In this document: piece after piece, positions 61,837 through 64,000 of the stretch
Position numbering within the stretch: position 1 is the first letter of the stretch
Layout: every line of letters begins with the position of its first letter
NCBI GenBank assembly: GCA_044230075.1
Contig: JBGARS010000016.1
Location: 533 to 64,532, forward strand
Length of the DNA: 64,000 nucleotides
Source of the DNA: Planctomycetota bacterium
GTDB lineage: Bacteria > Planctomycetota > UBA1135 > UBA2386
Direction: 5' to 3'
Program-made: the position numbers and the translations under genes
The notes under the pieces: model-generated
The model's database searches: none
What the model was told of the DNA's origin: nothing
The model's input: only the letters and a program-made list of their open reading frames with translations

Positions 61837-63915
61837 ATGCAGACACCTCGCTCGCCCACGCCCGCAACCAACGCGGTGAACACGGATGTCCTGGTGCTGG
61901 GCGGCGGCTTCGCCGGCACGCGCTGCGCGCAGCGGCTCGAACGGCTGCTGCCACGCGACTGCACGATCAAGCTGGTCAGCAGCGAGAACTACTTCGTGTT
62001 CCAGCCGCTGCTGCCCGAGGTCGTCGGCGCCAGCCTGGACCCGGCGCACGTGATCAGCCCGCTGCGCCACATGCTGCGGCGCACGCAGGTCGTGCGCGGT
62101 GAAGTCAGCCAGATCGAGCTGGCGCCGGCCGGGGCGGAGCACGCCGGCACCGTGACCGTGCGGGCCGATGGCGTCGCGCACCCGGTCGTGCTGACGGCTC
62201 GGCACATCGTGCTGGCGCTGGGCTCGGTCGTCGATGTCAGCCGCATTCCGGGCATGGCGGAGCAGGCGTTGATGATGAAGAACGTCGCCGATGCGCTGGC
62301 CCTGCGGCACGCGATCATCCATCGACTCGAGTGCGCCGTGCTCGAACCCGACCCGGCGGAACGGCAGGCGTTGTTGACGTTCGTCGTGGTCGGCGGCGGC
62401 TTCTCCGGCATCGAGACCGCGGCGGAGATGCACGACCTGGTGCACGGCGCGATGAAGTTCTTCCCGACGTTGGCGGCGGAGGCGAAGCGGGTCGTCTGCG
62501 TGCACTCCCGCGAGCGCATCCTGCCGGAGCTGGACGCGCGGCTCGGTGACTACGCCTTGCGGCTGCTGCAGAAGCGCGGCATCGAGTTCCGCCTCGAAGA
62601 GCGCACGCGTGCCGCATCCCGCGACGGGGTCTATCTCGGCAACGGCGACTTCATCGCCGCACGCACGATCGTCTGCACGATCGGCAACGCGCCGCACCCG
62701 ATCCTCGAGGGCGTCGCCGCGGCAGTGGAGGGCCGCCTGCCCACGACCGAGCATCTGCGACTGCAGGGCCATGAGAACGTGTGGGCGATCGGCGACTGTG
62801 CGCGGATCGCGGATGGCCGCGGCGGCACCTGCCCGCCGACCGCGCAGTTCGCGACGCGCCAGGGCGACGTCGTCGGGCGCAACATCGCCGCGAGCCTGCG
62901 CGGTGCGCCGCTGCAGAAGTTCCGGCACAAGAGCCTCGGCCAGCTGGCGACGCTCGGTCACCAGAACGCCGTCGCCTCGATCGGCAGGCTGCGGCTCTCC
63001 GGGTTCCTGGCCTGGTGGCTGTGGCGCACGATCTACCTGATGAAGCTGCCGCGCTTCGACCGCAAGTTGCGGGTGATGATCGACTGGACGCTCAACCTGT
63101 TCTTCCCGCGCGACCTCAACGCGCTCGATCTCGCGCCGACGAACCGGCACGCGACGATCCACCTCGAAGCCGGCGAGACCTTGTTCCACCAGGGCGATCC
63201 GAGCGCGGCGTTCTACGTGGTGCAGTCGGGCCGCATGGAGTTGATCCGCTGCGACGAAGCCGGCTGTGTGCTCGGCAACGACCAGCTCGGCCCGGGGGAG
63301 CACTTCGGCGAAGGCTCGCTGCTGCGCGGCGGCGTGCGTTCGACGACCGCGATCGCGGTGGAGTCGACGACGGTGTTGTCGTTCCCGGCGCGGGAGTTCC
63401 GGACGCTGACCGACAACTTCCTCGGGCTGCGGCGCCTGCTCGAAGCCACGTCGCGGCGCTTCCAGCCGGCGGCGAGCATCATTCCGGCCTGGGTGCCGAA
63501 GGCGCGCCTGCAGGTGCCGGTCGGCGAGGTGATGAGCAGTCCGGTCGTGACGATGCCGCAGAACGCGACGCTCGAGCTGTGCCTTGCCGAGTTCGTCGCG
63601 CGCAAGTTCAACTGCTTCCCGCTGGTCGGCACCGGCGGCCGGTTGATCGGGGTGGTGACCAGCACCGACCTGTTCGGCGCGTTGCGGCGCGACGTCGATC
63701 TCGCGCAACCCCTGCAGGCGATCGCCACCGCCGACGTGCAGTGCCTGCGCGTCACCGACCCGATCGAACGCGCCGTCGAGGTCATGCGCCGCCGCAACGT
63801 GAAGCACGTGATCGTCACCGACGCGGAGCAGCGCGTGGTCGGGCTGGTGTCGATGACGGACATCCTGCGATTGATCCTCGCTTCACCGAGGCCGGCGCAC
63901 GCCGGTCGCGCCTGA
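61837..63915 (+). CDS. Type II NAD(P)H dehydrogenase-like flavoprotein fused to cNMP-binding and tandem CBS domains
   Basis: VLGGGFAG, FQPLLPEV, VVVGGGFSGIETA, WAIGDCA; LFHQGD..FYVVQSG..FGEGSLL..RST; two CBS repeats. Confidence 0.88.
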   Translation: MQTPRSPTPATNAVNTDVLVLGGGFAGTRCAQRLERLLPRDCTIKLVSSENYFVFQPLLPEVVGASLDPAHVISPLRHMLRRTQVVRGEVSQIELAPAGAEHAGTVTVRADGVAHPVVLTARHIVLALGSVVDVSRIPGMAEQALMMKNVADALALRHAIIHRLECAVLEPDPAERQALLTFVVVGGGFSGIETAAEMHDLVHGAMKFFPTLAAEAKRVVCVHSRERILPELDARLGDYALRLLQKRGIEFRLEERTRAASRDGVYLGNGDFIAARTIVCTIGNAPHPILEGVAAAVEGRLPTTEHLRLQGHENVWAIGDCARIADGRGGTCPPTAQFATRQGDVVGRNIAASLRGAPLQKFRHKSLGQLATLGHQNAVASIGRLRLSGFLAWWLWRTIYLMKLPRFDRKLRVMIDWTLNLFFPRDLNALDLAPTNRHATIHLEAGETLFHQGDPSAAFYVVQSGRMELIRCDEAGCVLGNDQLGPGEHFGEGSLLRGGVRSTTAIAVESTTVLSFPAREFRTLTDNFLGLRRLLEATSRRFQPAASIIPAWVPKARLQVPVGEVMSSPVVTMPQNATLELCLAEFVARKFNCFPLVGTGGRLIGVVTSTDLFGALRRDVDLAQPLQAIATADVQCLRVTDPIERAVEVMRRRNVKHVIVTDAEQRVVGLVSMTDILRLILASPRPAHAGRA

Positions 63916-63923
63916 GCTCAGTC

Positions 63924-64000
63924 TCAGGCCGGCAGGCAGCCGGTGAACGAATGCCCGAGCGCCTCGAGCGCGCTGCGCGCGGCAGCAAGGTGCGCGGCCT
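63924..64000 (-). CDS. Probable 3' end of a convergent gene (partial)
   Basis: Reads AAHLAAARSALEALGHSFTGCLPA*; too short to assign. Confidence 0.3.
   Translation of the reverse strand, partial: AAHLAAARSALEALGHSFTGCLPA

Overview
GC-rich bacterial chromosomal window with about 55 genes and one tRNA-Pro(GGG). No CRISPR array, rRNA, integrase or transposase is visible. Gene content suggests a Planctomycetota organism, possibly OM190-like (inference): a ~725-aa PVC-type GreA, an enlarged LepB, and many secreted proteins with a shared C-terminal domain. In order: lone hcp; a MoxR-DUF58-TgpA-S41 run behind greA; an MshEN-fused degenerate PilT plus a second PilT next to a sigma28-type flagellin gene; lepA-lepB-lptB; three coupled secreted beta-propeller proteins; a parDE module between 199-bp direct repeats; three GT-C-like membrane proteins; Dcp; an ABC exporter; a Cys-rich bufferin(BufA2)-like lipoprotein plus peptidase, divergent from an NDH-2 / His-pair membrane protein / DoxX block; then a stress cluster after tRNA-Pro (furA-katG, arsR-P-E-F-G, MscS, M48, SDR, NDH-2-cNMP-CBS). 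The strongest leads are (1) the MNIO-less Cys-rich lipoprotein/redox locus with a twin divergent promoter motif, (2) the probable c-di-GMP-sensing pseudo-ATPase PilT, (3) a shared C-terminal domain and an invariant +1 Gln on secreted proteins, and (4) recurring leaderless-type promoters. All family assignments come from recalled motifs; no database search was run.
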